DNA from: Octopus sinensis | Lineage: Eukaryota | Length of the DNA stretch: 64,000 bases | Direction: 5' to 3' | Assembly (NCBI RefSeq): GCF_006345805.1 | Contig: NC_042999.1 | Span: 8,494,001 to 8,558,000 of the forward strand | Shown here: one piece after another, positions 50,039-63,082 of the stretch | Layout: each line of letters begins with the position of its first letter | Position numbering within the stretch: the stretch's first letter is position 1 | The notes under the pieces: generated by a model | What the model saw: only the letters and a program-made list of their open reading frames with translations | Database searches by the model: none | What the model was told of the DNA's origin: nothing | Translations under genes and position numbers: made by a program

Positions 50039-50135
50039 ACACAAATGCAACATCATTATCTTTGATCCATTGTCCATGCTGGCATGGATTGGATGGTTTG
50101 ACTAGGATTAATAAGCTGGAAGGCTGCACCAGACT

Positions 50136-50166
<31 letters not shown>

Positions 50167-50169
<3 letters not shown>

Positions 50170-50410
50170 AGTTGGTGCATAATTATTGCAACATTTTTCA
50201 ACAAATTTTATTCAACAAAAACAATAACAACATATAACAAAAACATCTTTAAATAATTATTCTGGAGCATATTCACCATCTACTTCAATTACTGTTTCCC
50301 ATTTGCTTGGCAGACGGTCAGACCATCATTTAAAGATGTTTTTTGTTAAATATTGTTATTGTTGAATAGAATTTGTTGAAAAGAAATGCAATAATTATGC
50401 AGCAACGCAA
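50167..50410. mobile_element. Mariner-derived fold-back MITE (244 bp)
   Basis: About 85-bp inverted arms beginning TTGAGTTGGTGCATAATTATTGC with TA flanks. The centre encodes a transposase C-terminus, DRLPSKWETVIEVDGEYAPE*, on the minus strand. Confidence 0.8.
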
Positions 50411-50414
50411 TATA

Positions 50415-50705
50415 TCATCACCATCATCGTTTAGCGTCCGCTTTCCATGCTGGCATGGGTTGGACGGTGCAACTGGGGTCTGGGAAGCCAGTAGGCTGCA
50501 CCAAGCCCAGTCTGATCTTGCAATGTTTCTACGGCTGGATGCCCTTCCTAACGCCAACCACTCCATGAGTATAGTGGGTACTTTTTACGTGCCACTGGCA
50601 CGGAAGCCAGTCAGGGTGGCACTGGCAACGGCCATGTTTGGATGGTTCTCTTATGTGCCACCAGCACTGATATCACACCGACAATTTCCATTCATGTTGA
50701 TCAAT
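50415..50705 (-). mobile_element. Family C element
   Basis: Reverse-complement motifs. Confidence 0.85.
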
Positions 50706-50758
50706 TTTGACTTTTGATTTTTTCATTTTTTGATTTTTATATATATATATATATATAT

Positions 50759-51376
50759 AATTAAAAATGAGGGTGTCTAAAAGACACCAACATGCCGAAA
50801 TAGCAGTCGAAATTCTGACTATAAAACCACGTTAAATGTTCATATCGCACCATGAGGTAAAGCGGAGGGACAAAACATACAAGCAAAAATTATTGAATAA
50901 TTCAAGATCCAAGGATTTCTGGTTCTGCTTTAGATAAGCTTTACCGTCATCAATTGAATATATCAAGGGTACATCAATACAGATATATATATGCACAGCA
51001 AACGATATACTTACATACACGAGCGTCGTACATACATACATATGCACGTATGGACACAGCCAGTTTGAATCGCCCGCCAAATCACCGCATAAGTACGATA
51101 TGGTTAAAATAAGCACCGCAGTGAATATAATAACGAATTATATAAATTTATATATGAGGATAATATCGATATTTAAGTATCAAATTATCAAGTGGCCAGC
51201 ATGAAAAAAATACCTTACAAAGGTAAAAAATATTTTTAACAATTAAAAATGAGGGTGTCTAAAAGACACCAACATGCCGAAATAGCAGTTAAAAAATTTT
51301 TTACCTTTGTAAGGTATTTTTTTCATGCTGGCCACTTGATAATTTGATACTTAAATATCGATATTATCCTCATATA

Positions 51377-51380
<4 letters not shown>
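50759..51380. mobile_element. Young element with a perfect 49-bp direct repeat and a perfect 85-bp inverted repeat (Penelope-like architecture)
   Basis: Direct repeat at 50759-50807 and 51241-51289; inverted repeat at 51147-51231 and 51296-51380. Confidence 0.65.
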
Positions 51381-51407
<27 letters not shown>

Positions 51408-51791
51408 GTGTATATATATATTATTATTATTATTATGTAATACGTTTTACTATAATCATTTCTTAAATATAGCCATGAAACCTGTGTCGTTATTCTACCA
51501 AATATATACGTTTTTATTATTATTTTGTAATTTACTTAATCATCAGTATGTTATTGTTATTTTATTTTTTATATTTCTATTATAAGTAATTTTCTAGATG
51601 GTGTAATTTAATTGTTCATTTTGAATTGATAAAAAGTGGGGTTTTTTTCTAATTTTTTAGGAGAAAATATTTGCAAAGATATTATTGATTCTATTATTAT
51701 CTAGAGTAACAATTAAAAATGATAATAACAGAATCAATATTATAGGCAATTGCAGGTCCCCCAGAAGAGCATTAAATAGCTGAAGGATTGA

Positions 51792-52056
51792 AATTAATCA
51801 AAGGACATACTAAGTATGTCTTATTTAAATCACCGAAAAAGACTGGTGATAACTACAGTTGTCTGTGGGCAATTGGACCAGGACAATCTCTCATCATACA
51901 TCCAAGCACTTGGACCCACGTAGACTGGCCTCTGGACAGGCACTATAGCCTCACTCTCCTCAGCACATGCCACCAGTTCTTTTTTGACAATTTAAATAAG
52001 AGTTGTGACTGTTATTTCCAGCAGGTAGACATACTTAGTGTGTCCTTTGATTAATT
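51792..52056. mobile_element. MITE with 30-bp terminal inverted repeats
   Basis: aattaatcaaaggacatactaagtatgtct versus agacatacttagtgtgtcctttgattaatt (1 mismatch). Confidence 0.7.
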
Positions 52057-52927
52057 GTAACCCTTTAGCTATATATATATATATATCTGATGGGCTTCTT
52101 TCAGTTTCCGTCTACCAAATCCACTCACAAGATTTTGGTCAGTCTGAAGTTATAGTAGAAAACACTTGCCCAAGGTGCGATGCAGTGGAACTGAACCAAG
52201 AACCTTGTAGTTGGGAATCAAACTTACCACGCAGCCACGCTGCACCTATAATCCTAAAAATACTCTAAATAATAAATTTTATCTAAAAATATAGAGAAAT
52301 ATCAGAAACCATGCTGTTTTCTTTCTTTCTTCCTTTCTTTACCCACCCCACCCCACCCCCTGCTGTTGTAAGTTAAACATAGATTATGACAGAAAGCCTA
52401 CAAGTCAAATTGTTAGAATGAGAACGGGAAATATGAAATCAAAATAATCCAGAGCAAAGCCAGAACATCAATTTTTTTTTTATCATCTGTTTTTGATCTG
52501 TATACAATCGTTATGTGAAATATAATCTATGGTATCAAGTAATCCTGGTTTTACAGCAGACTTATCTACAATCTTATTTAACCCTGCTGTCAGATATTCC
52601 AAAAGGGTGAGGTCAAATTCGATATTCAAAGACAATCTTGCTACAATACTACATTTTATACTGTCTACAAAAGATTGTTTTGTTCTTTTCTTATTTTGGC
52701 TAATTTCCATCATTGTAGTCTGGCCATGCTGGGGCATCACCTGTAAAGCTTTTAATCAACCCCACATCATTCCCAGTACTTCGTCAGGTGGTTTGTTTTT
52801 GTAACTCAGCAGTTTAGAGACCAACAGAGTAAGTACCAGGTTTTCAAATGCTACTGGGGGTAGGGTGGGGGTCAATTCAGTGCCCCAGTATGGCCACAGT
52901 CTAATGACTGAAACAAGTCAAAGATAT

Positions 52928-53093
52928 AGGTGCAGGAGTGGCTGTGTGGTAAGAAGCTTGCTTCCCAACCACATGGGTCCAGGTTCAGTTCCACTTCATG
53001 GCACCTTGGGCATGCATCTTCTACTGTTGCCTCAGACCAACCAAAGCCTCATGAGTGGATGTGGTAGATGGAAACTGAAAGAAGCCCATCGTA

Positions 53094-53134
<41 letters not shown>

Positions 53135-53487
53135 ATATATACGTATGTATATATATGTATGTATGTATATATATATGTATGTATATAAGTATGTAGCTGA
53201 TAATTGGAAACTGAGAGAAGCCCATCGTATATATATATATATGCATGTAATGTGTATATTTATGTGTGCATGTCTCTGTGTCTGTGTTTGTCCCCCCCCC
53301 TGCCACCATCACATGAAACTGATGTTGGTGTGTTTACACCCCCTATAACATAGCAGTTCAGCAAAAGTGACCAATAGAATAAGTACTAGGCTTAGAAAAA
53401 TAAATCTCCTGAGGTCGATTTGTTCAACTAAAGGCGGTGCTGCAGCATGGCCACAGTCAAATGACTGAAACAAGTAAAACAAGTAAA
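52928..53487 (+). mobile_element. SINE family A, full length, with a duplicated central segment
   Basis: Head ggtgcaggagtggctgtgtggtaag; ggaaactga(a/g)agaagcccatcgtat occurs twice; tail aaacaagtaaaa. Confidence 0.85.
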
Positions 53488-53914
53488 AAAATGAAAGATT
53501 TTCTTTTAATTTCAAGATTTTGGTGATGTGGTTGTATATTTTTAGAATGACATTGTAGGGTAGGTGTAAGAGGTTGGAGCTGGTTGGTTTGAACATAAAA
53601 CAGATGAAACATTCGAGTCAGAAATGGCTGGTTTAAATGTTGAAGGGTTAAAGATGGTGGGGGTGAGTGAAGCACAATATAAGGATATGTCAGAAGGAAG
53701 CGAGGGGAGAGTAGGTGACAACTGTAGAGGTTGGGTTGGGTTGAGGGGAGGATATAGTGAAAGGTGGATAAAGGGTGGTTGATGATCAATGATAGATGTG
53801 AGATGGGGGAAAGTAGGAAGGGTCAGAAATGACCAACCATGCAGAGAAATGGAGAGGCTGAAGAGCAGTAGAATAGTAATAATGATACAGAAGACAGGAG
53901 AAAGATGAGAAAAG

Positions 53915-53945
<31 letters not shown>

Positions 53946-54439
53946 GAGAATGTGTGGTTGGGTAGGGTAGAAGAGTGTAAGGGGAAAGAGGTAGGCATAG
54001 TGAATGGGGAGAGTGAGAGATGTACGGCGGAGGAGAAGGAGAGATAATTTGGTGGCATAGATGAATGGTCAATGTAAAATGTGAGCAGAGAGGACAGTGT
54101 TCAGAATGAAGAATGGATATCAAGTGAAGTGGTTCTGGCTATTGAGAAAGATAAGTGATATCAAGAAAAAGCTGGTGAAATATGCATTTCTGCTCACATT
54201 TAATTACAGCAGCAGAATATGGTAGTGAGAGAGATGATGGGGTGGGAATGGCATGTTGTCATTATTTATTTACCTGGGAAATAATCCTTTTATTGAAAAA
54301 ATAGGTATCTGTTGATAATAGAAAGAGCAACTAGCCTTAAAATCTTGCGTCAAGTATGCCACCATGTGAATCTTTGCTAGCATGAAGCAAAATGATTGTT
54401 AGTTAATGGAACAAATAAGCGTTATGAAGATCTATAGAT

Positions 54440-54895
54440 ATCATCATCATCATCATCATCATCATCGTTTAACGTCCGCTTTCCATGCTAGCATAGGTTG
54501 GACGGTTTGACTGTCGGCTGGCGAACCAGATGGCTGCACCACGCTCCAGTCTTGATCTGGCAGAGTTTCTACAGCTGGATGCCCTTCCTAATGCCAACCA
54601 CTCCAAGAGTGTAGTGGGTGCTTTTTACATGCCACTATCATGGGAGCCAGTCAGGCAGTACTGGCAACAACCTCGCTCGAATCTTTTACACATGCCACCG
54701 GCACCGGTGCCAGTAAGGCGATGCTGGTAACTATCACACTCAAATGGTGCCTCCTACATGCCACCGGCACAGGTGCCAGTAAGGCGATGCTGGTAACAAT
54801 CACACTCGAATGGTGCCTCCTACATGCCACCGGCACAGGTGCCAGTTAGCCGCTCTGGCAACAATCATGGTCAGATGATGCTCTTAACACCATCT
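54440..54895 (-). mobile_element. Family C element
   Basis: Reverse-complement motifs with tandem subrepeats. Confidence 0.85.
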
Positions 54896-55478
54896 AGCCT
54901 TAAAATCTTTGCTTATAGATTTTTTTGCTTATGAAATTTTTGCTTATAGATGTCTATAGCAAAAACTGAAATTAAAAGAATATTCTTGATGTCGCTGTCT
55001 ACATTGGTTGCCACAGATTCCACGCATATCGCTGAAGGTCAGAGAGTGGAGCAACAGTCAAAGCTGTGAAAATCATTTATGAATAGAAAGTGGAAACAGA
55101 AAAGTTATCTTTTTTTCTGAAATAAGTCATTTATGTGGGTAATTAATAAAGAAATGAAATGTGCACAGCCAACAACAACAACAACAACATTTTGCTTATA
55201 TATGGTTAAAATGGATTGCATGTTTTTAAATATTCGACATAATTGGGAGAATAAATTGAGAATAAATTGACAGACAACCCTGGGGATATGAGACTTTCAA
55301 GAGGAATAAACAAAGAAACTGAATACATAACATATCGGTTGATGTTTGTTTTCTGTATTTTATGAGGGTCAAAATATTATTTGCTATTCTCACTTACTAA
55401 CTTTAAAATGACTTTTCTGTAAACAGATGGAATTTTATAACATCTACAAGGTGCGATGGGTAAATTGTCACCATTTTA

Positions 55479-55716
55479 TATTTCTTATTTCGTGCTCTCT
55501 TTACTCTTTACTCTTTTACTTGTTTCAGTCATTTGACTGTGGCCATGCTGGAGCACCGCCTTTAGTCGAGCAACTCGACCCCGGGACATATTCTTTTGTA
55601 AGCCCAGTACTTATTCTATCGGTCTCTTTTGCCGAACCGCTAACTAAGTAACGGGAACATAAACACACCAGCATCGGTTGTCAAGCAATGCTAGGGAACA
55701 AACACAGACACACACA

Positions 55717-55781
<65 letters not shown>

Positions 55782-56157
55782 TACGACGGGCTTCTTTCAG
55801 TTTCCATCTACCAAATCCAATCACAAGGCTTTGGTCGGCCCGAGGCTATAGTAGAAGACACTTCCCCAAGGTGCCACGCAGTGGGACTGAACCCGGAACC
55901 ATGTATATAAATATATGCATGTGTGTGTCTGTGTTTGTCCCCTAGCATTGCTTGACAACTGATGCTGGTGTGTTTATGTTCCCGTTACTTTGTTAGCGGT
56001 TCGGCAAAAGAGACCGATAGAATAAGTACTGGGCTAACAAAAGAATATGTCCTGGGGTCGAGTTGCTCGACTAAAGGCGGTGCTCCAGCATGGCCGCAGT
56101 CAAATGACTGAAACAAGTAAAAGAGTAAAGAGTAAAGAGAGCACGAAATAAGAAATA
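55479..56157. repeat. Inverted duplication of a SINE family A copy (about 250-bp arms)
   Basis: The arms share private variants and the non-SINE flank atttcttatttcgtgctctc / gagagcacgaaataagaaat. Confidence 0.85.
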
Positions 56158-56224
56158 CTCCTGCGTGCACTTTGTTTGTTTTTTGATTTTGTCAGCTATA
56201 CAGTATAGTAGGGTCAGTTGGGCA

Positions 56225-56690
56225 CCATCTCAGAGAAAAACAGCACCATAACGTCAGCACTCTGACAGAAATTTGGAAACAACATGCTGTACTGCTTGGC
56301 ATTTGTGCCGGAAGTTCCAATACAGACAGATTGAGAACACATAGAACAACCGTTGGCTTGCTGTGTCCCCAAAACATGTACTGAGAGTGATAAAAATCAA
56401 ACATCCGGTCAACACCATGGTGTTTGGAGTGATCATTAGCAATGGCGATGTTATGCCTCCATTCATCTTCCCTACATTAAGTGCTTGGAGGAGGTAGTGC
56501 TGCCCTGGGTCAAGAGGGTGGCTGCTGGAAGACTCAGTGTCTGACAACAGGACTCTGCACCATGCCACTCATCCAGGAGAACCCAGACATGGCTGTCAGA
56601 CAATTTCTGCAACCACATCACCCCTAACATCTGGCCACCTAACTCCCCAGACTGCAACCCCCTTGATTATTATGTGTGGGGCATGAACCC
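56225..56690 (+). pseudogene. DD37D (maT-type) transposase relic, internally deleted
   Basis: NNRWLA...KHPVNTMVFGVIISNGDVMPPFIF...QQDSAPCHSSRRTQTWLSDNFCNHITPNIWPPNSPDCNPLDYYVWG, with 37 residues between the last two Asp. Confidence 0.82.
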
Positions 56691-56828
56691 AACTCTTGAA
56701 ATCGTTCCCACTTGCATGACATTAGTGAGACGTAGGAGTTAGGGACTTAAATTTAATCTTAAATTTGTCATTTTTCATAAATTTCACCATGATCTTAACA
56801 TACATGCCATATCTCTCTCTCACTTTCT

Positions 56829-56872
<44 letters not shown>

Positions 56873-57419
56873 GTCTGTCTATCTGTCTGTCTGTCTACAT
56901 GTCTGTCTGTCAATCTATCTACCTATCTATCTCATGACACTGTGATACACGATCTCTATTGATCGTTTTTTTCCTCTCCCCCTTTTTTCCCCTTTTTTCT
57001 TCTTTTTTCATTTTTCTTTTCTTTTTTTCCCTGTTTTCTTTTTTTCTTTTCCTTTTTTTTCTTTTTTTTCTTTTCCTTTTTTTCTTTTTTCCTTTTTTTT
57101 GTTCTTTTTTTCCCTTTTATGATCCCTTTTGATCGAAAACCTACGCCACCTTTTTTTTTTTTCTCCCCCAAAAGAAAAGCTCTACCTTGTAACTTGTCCC
57201 ATCTGTGTGCAACCCTGTGTGGCCAATAAAGAAACTTATCTACATCTCCCTCACTCTCTCTCTCTATATATATATATGTTTGTGTGTGTGTGTGTATGGT
57301 GTGTGTGTGTATCTCAATCATTCCCTGACTTACATTTCACTCTATTTTCCTATAATATCTGTGATATCTGAGAATTCATACAAAATCATCTTTTATTGAT
57401 TCCTACATTTTACATGATT

Positions 57420-57830
57420 CCATTTGGTTCCTCCCCATACATACACACACACATAAATACACACACATACATACATAATACATACATACATTCATACATA
57501 CATATACACATACATACATACACATATACATACATATATACACACATACATACGTACATATGTACATACATACATACATACATAATACATACATACACAC
57601 ATACATACATATGTACATACATACATACATACATACATACATACATACATACACATACATACATTCACACACACACATACATAAATACATACATATACAC
57701 ATACATACATACACACACACACATACATACATACATGCATACATACATACATACACACATACACACATACATACATACATACATACATACATACATACAC
57801 ACACACATACATACATACATACACAAACAG
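57420..57830. repeat. (TACA)/(CA) microsatellite
   Basis: Visible directly. Confidence 0.95.
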
Positions 57831-58624
57831 ACTAGATATTGCATCTCTTAATTCAATTATCACCAAGTTTGTACCATAATGGATTGTATTTAACTTGTAC
57901 ATCGTCCATAATCTCCGGAGTGATTAAATCTACCAGTATATTTATTCATTATATCACATCTTTACTTTACATATCAAATTCTGATCCATTTATTTCAGTT
58001 TCCTTTACAGTTTTTCACTTTTCATCTCGGTATTTCTTTTTATCTATATTACATCACTCTAGCTTATTAGATTTGGTACAAATTTAATTATAATTATACC
58101 AATTTGCTTCGTTATTCCATACCTTTTCATATATTGAATTCTCTCGTGTTTAAATACATTTTAAACAGTGTAACCAACAATGTTTCATTTTACCATTATT
58201 TACCAGTATTTATTCATATTTATGGTTGTGGCATTATCATTGGGAAATTTGGTATCCCGGCTTTAACAAATTAGATATTGCTGAAAGTCAAATTTTCTGT
58301 TTCAGTGAATCTTCATTCAAGAATTTATTGTGCCCAGTTTATTTTTAAGTTCATTACCATCCTTTAAATCTATTGTCCAGTTTCTACTAACCCTGTTATT
58401 TGGAAGGTTTCCGTTCTTTGTGGCTTGTTTCCTAATATGTGTCTTACAGCATTAGAAAAAAATAGGGTTGCATCACTTGATTATAATTCTGCTGTTGTTT
58501 ACCGTTCTTGTTTTGCATCAATGGATTGTTTCATTCTATTTGTTCGATTGGCAGTTTGAAGACCATTATATTTTTGAGTAACTTTGTATAACGTAATAGT
58601 AATTCGTATGTATATATGATGCTT

Positions 58625-59170
58625 AAGAAGACACGGCAAGCCAAATGAGACCATAACCCGTGGCCTATACCAGGAGCGTAACCAGCCTGTTTCTGCGTAC
58701 CTTTTCCTTCTTTGGACACTAAACTCCACTTGCGAAGACCTGTTTAGGCAAGTGAAATCAAAATCAAAATCAAATCTGATGACTGGCATCCATGCTAATG
58801 GGGTGCAAAGAGCACCATCCGAGCGTGATCTTTGACAGAATGGCTAACCGGCTTCCGTGCCAGTATGTACATAAAAGGCAGCATTCGAGTGTGATCGTTA
58901 CCAATGTCACCTTATTGGCACCTGTGCTGGTGGCATGTGTAAAAAGATTCAAGCGAGGTCGTTGCCAGTACAGCCTGACTGGCCCTCATGCCGGTGGCAC
59001 GTAAGAAGCCCCCACTACACTCTCGGAGTGGTTGGCATTAGGAAGAGCACCCAGCTGTAGAAACTCTGTTAGATCAGATTGGAGTCTGGTTCGCCAGCCC
59101 TCGGTCAAATCGTCCAACCCATGCTAGCATGGAAAGCGGACGTTAAACGATGATGATGATGATGATGATG
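58625..59170 (+). mobile_element. RTE 3' UTR / family C, long copy
   Basis: Begins like the 23880-24010 UTR and ends with (GAT)n. Confidence 0.8.
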
Positions 59171-59470
59171 CACTCTGCCATTGAAGAAGACATCTGAGTG
59201 TTCAGCTTTTGCTGAACAACCTGCATAAATGATTCGTTTATAGCGATCAAATGTCCATGCCACATGTAGGCTCTCTCCATCCATCAAATTGACATTTTCT
59301 GAACAGGTGCACGGTGCACCATGTTTCAGGTGTCAAAGAGATTGTAGACCAATGGGAGATGAAGTGCTTTGCTCAAGAACACAACACACCACCCGATCTA
59401 GGAATTGAAACCATGATACCTTGAGCAAGAGTACAACACACAGTTCTTTGACAGTATCCTTCTGAAGATA

Positions 59471-59859
59471 TGGATGGAAGCACGCCGTCGGTTACGATGA
59501 CAAGGGTTCCGGTTGATCCGATCAACGGAACAGCCTGCTCGTGAAATTAACGTGTAAGTGGCTGAGCACTCCACAGACACGTGCACCCTTAATGTAGTTC
59601 TCAGGGATATTCAGCGTGACACAGAGAGTGACAAGACCAGCCCTTTGTAATACAGGTACGACAGAAACAGGAAGAAAGAGTGAGAGAAAGTTGTGGTGAA
59701 AGAGTACAGCAGGGATCACCACCATCCCCTGCCGGAGCCTCGTGAAGCTTTAGGTGTTTTCGCTCAATAAACACTCACAACGCCCGGTCTGGGAATCGAA
59801 ACCGCGATCCTACGACCGCAAGTCTGGTGCCCTAACCACCGGGCCATTGCGCCTCCGCC
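59471..59859 (-). mobile_element. Young tRNA-derived SINE (family E) with a 26-bp flanking direct repeat
   Basis: Head GGAGGCGCAATGGCCCGGTGGTTAGGGC...GGTTTCGATTCCC; TCTTTGACAGTATCCTTCTGAAGATA at 59445-59470 and 59860-59885. Confidence 0.88.
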
Positions 59860-60179
59860 TCTTTGACAGTATCCTTCTGAAGATAAGCCTCTGAGCCAAA
59901 AACATATAAAGGCTTTTCAACTTTCATTTTGTATTTTTACCAGCTTTCTTCATTTCCTTTTCTATCAGTTGTTCTATATACATATGCGTGTGTGTCTGTG
60001 TTATAAAAGCTCAACTACATGGTATGGGGTTCAATCCCATCTTGTAGCACCTAGGGCAAGTGTCTCCTGCTATAGCCCAAGGCTGGCTAAAGTCTTGTGA
60101 GAGGAAATTGAAAGAAGCCCATTGTATGTGTGTGTGTGTGTGTATGTACACACACATATACATACATATATATATGTAT

Positions 60180-60394
60180 TCTTTTATTTGTTTCAATCAT
60201 TTGACTGTGGCCATGCTGGAGCACCACCTTTAGTCAAGCAAATTGACTCCAGGACATATTTTTTGTAAGCCTAGTACTTATTTTTTAGTCTCTTTTGCTG
60301 AACTACCAAGTTACAGGGAAGGGGGGCGAAAACACACTAACGTCGGTGGTCAAGCACTGTTGGGGGACAAACACAGGCACACTATCACACACAC

Positions 60395-60451
<57 letters not shown>

Positions 60452-60617
60452 GAGAGAGATAGAGAGAGATTTATGACAGGCTTTTTTCAGTTTCCATCTA
60501 CCAAATCCACTCACAAGGCTTTGGTCAGCCCGAGGCTATAGTAGAAGACACTTGCCCAAGGTGCCATGAACCATGTGAACCCAGAACCATGTGGTTGGTA
60601 AGCAAGCTACTTCTGCA

Positions 60618-60709
<92 letters not shown>

Positions 60710-61143
60710 ACACACACATATATATACCCTTTACTCTTTTTACTCTTTTACTTGTTTCAGTCATTTGACTGCGGCCATGCTGGAGCACCGCCTTTAGTCG
60801 AGCAAATCGACCCTGGGACTTATTCTTTTGTAAGCCCAGTACTTATTCTATCGGTCTTTTTTTGCCGAACCGCTAAGTGACGGGGATGTAAACATACCAG
60901 CATCGGTTGTCAGGCAATGCTAGAGGGACAAATATAGACACTCAAACATATACACACACATATATATATATATACATATATACGACAGGCTTCTTTCAGT
61001 TTCCATCCACCAAATCCACTCACAAGGCTTTGGTCGGCCCGAGGCTATAGCAGAAGACACTTGCCCAAGATGCCACGCAGTGGGACTGAACCCAGGACCA
61101 TGTGGTTGGTTAGCAAGCTACTTACCACACAGCCACTCCTGCA

Positions 61144-61216
<73 letters not shown>

Positions 61217-61688
61217 CACACACACACACACACAACACACACACACACACACACCAACACACACATATATACTCTTTACTCTTTTTACTCTTTTACTTGT
61301 TTCAGTCATTTGACTGCGGCCATGCTGGAGCACCGCCTTTAGTCGAGCAAATCGACCCTGGGACTTATTCTTTTGTAAGCCCAGTACTTATTCTATCGGT
61401 CTTTTTTTGCCGAACCGCTAAGTGACGGGGATGTAAACATACCACATCGGTTGTCAGGCAATGCTAGAGGGACAAATATAGACACTCAAACATATACACA
61501 CACATATATATATATATACATTATACGACAGGCTTCTTTCAGTTGCCATCCACCAAATCCACTCACAAGGCTTGGTCGGCCCGAGGCTATAGCAGAAGAC
61601 ACTTGCCCAAGAATGGCCTGCAGTGGGACTGAACCCAGGACCATGTGGTTGGTTAGCAAGCTACTTACCACACAGCCACTCCTGCACC
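60180..61688 (-). mobile_element. Three tandem SINE family A copies; the last two are near-identical
   Basis: Copies at about 60180-60618, 60728-61146 and 61270-61688. Confidence 0.88.
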
Positions 61689-62229
61689 TATATATATATA
61701 CAATATATATATATATATACTATATATATATATATGTACATATTAGAAGGTTTGGAGGTGATATAAAAATCTGTAAATGTACAATCATCCAGATTTCTGA
61801 GTACCTTATTTTTTTCTAATATATATATAAATATATATTATATGGACCCTGGTTGAGAATCCCTGACCTAAACTATAAAGCTAAAAGGATTTCCTTTAAA
61901 ATTAAATTAATTAAAAGGGCTCACTTACCACTGAAAGTAAAATAAAATTTCATATTCCTGCTTTGCAAATGGCTAAGGACTTTTCTTACGTAACTCTCGG
62001 GAGGACTGTCTTCTGGAACCTTTGAAATTTACAAAAATATAGAAATATAGAAATAAATTGAAGCAATTACATTTATAAAGGTAGAGAATTTAGAGTTTAT
62101 GCGAGAAAAGGACTGAGGTATTGGGTGTATATATATATATATATATTATAGAGTATTACCTGGTATTTAAGTACTCTTTTTTGCCACCTTGTGTTTCACA
62201 TTATGTGTTGTCCGGTTATATGTATATAT

Positions 62230-62460
62230 AATCCAATCTAGAAACTCTGCCAGATCAGATTTGGAGCCTGATGCAGCCATCTGGTTCCCCAGCCCTCGGT
62301 GTCCCAGCCCTTCTGTCAAAATCGTCCAACCACCATCGTCCAGTCAAAGCACATGGAAAGTCCAACTTCCACCAAACAAACAACAGGCCAACCAATCTCA
62401 CACACACCAGGTTCCCCCATAGCATGGAACGCACACTTTAACGATGATGATAATGATGAT
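62230..62460 (+). mobile_element. Family C 3' fragment, rearranged
   Basis: agaaactctgccagatcagatt...catggaacgcacactttaacgatgatg. Confidence 0.7.
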
Positions 62461-62569
62461 GGCATACCCTTGGGCAGTGTCTCCTGCTGTAGCTGAATCT
62501 TGCAAGTGATGATGATGATGATGATATACATCCGTACATACATATATATATCTATATATATATCATATA

Positions 62570-63082
62570 TCTCATATATAACCTAAAACTGTAGTTGTGT
62601 GAGTGTCTGTCACCTACGATTTAGATTCCTAACTCCTCCCACATTTTGCGGGCAGTTTAACTAAATTCGGGTAGCTTATAGTCGTGATTAATATCAAGCC
62701 TGTCTGGCTATTAGCGCACGTCAACGATGAGTCTACGATTTTAAAAATAATTTACATCATTTTTTATTCCATTTTAATGCATAATTTTTCGTGTGTCGAT
62801 GGCGGCGGAGTGGCGTCCACGCTCACAGCTGCACCTGTGTTTGCTTCTCCCCTTCTTCCCTCCCTCGTGAAGCTGGGGGAAGGGAGGTTAAGGAAATCAA
62901 CGTCGTAAAGCGTTGTCAAGGAGAACAGCGTTCTTTTAGAACAACGACTTCATGGCTTGAAGACACCAAAACAGAAATGGCTAAGAAAGCCCGAATTGGC
63001 ATCTATAAGGGAAGTAACTCTCTAAAAATGCTTATATAGTTATTTCCCTTACAAACCGAGCAACGCCGGGCGATACTGCTAG
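62570..63082 (+). mobile_element. Non-autonomous Helitron (about 513 bp)
   Basis: A/TC 5' end at 62569-62571, subterminal hairpin CCGAGCAACGCCGGG at 63056-63070, and 3' CTAG/T at 63079-63083. Confidence 0.75.

Noticed and set aside
52483-52740. 85-aa minus-strand ORF with LTLLEYLTAG, superficially CH-like
   Set aside because: No convincing donor site, and the similarity is limited to a few residues.
54274-54308. 35-nt minus-strand exon candidate
   Set aside because: Good AG/GT signals but no recognisable peptide; expected by chance in 64 kb.
57850-58440. Possible L1/Tx1 relic on the minus strand
   Set aside because: Only scattered words (e.g. KVWNNE) amid many stops; not enough to call.
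59872-59905. Hammerhead interrupted by the SINE (CCTT-CTGAAGA...AAAA-CATA-TA-AAGG)
   Set aside because: GAAA is absent and stem II does not pair; indistinguishable from chance.
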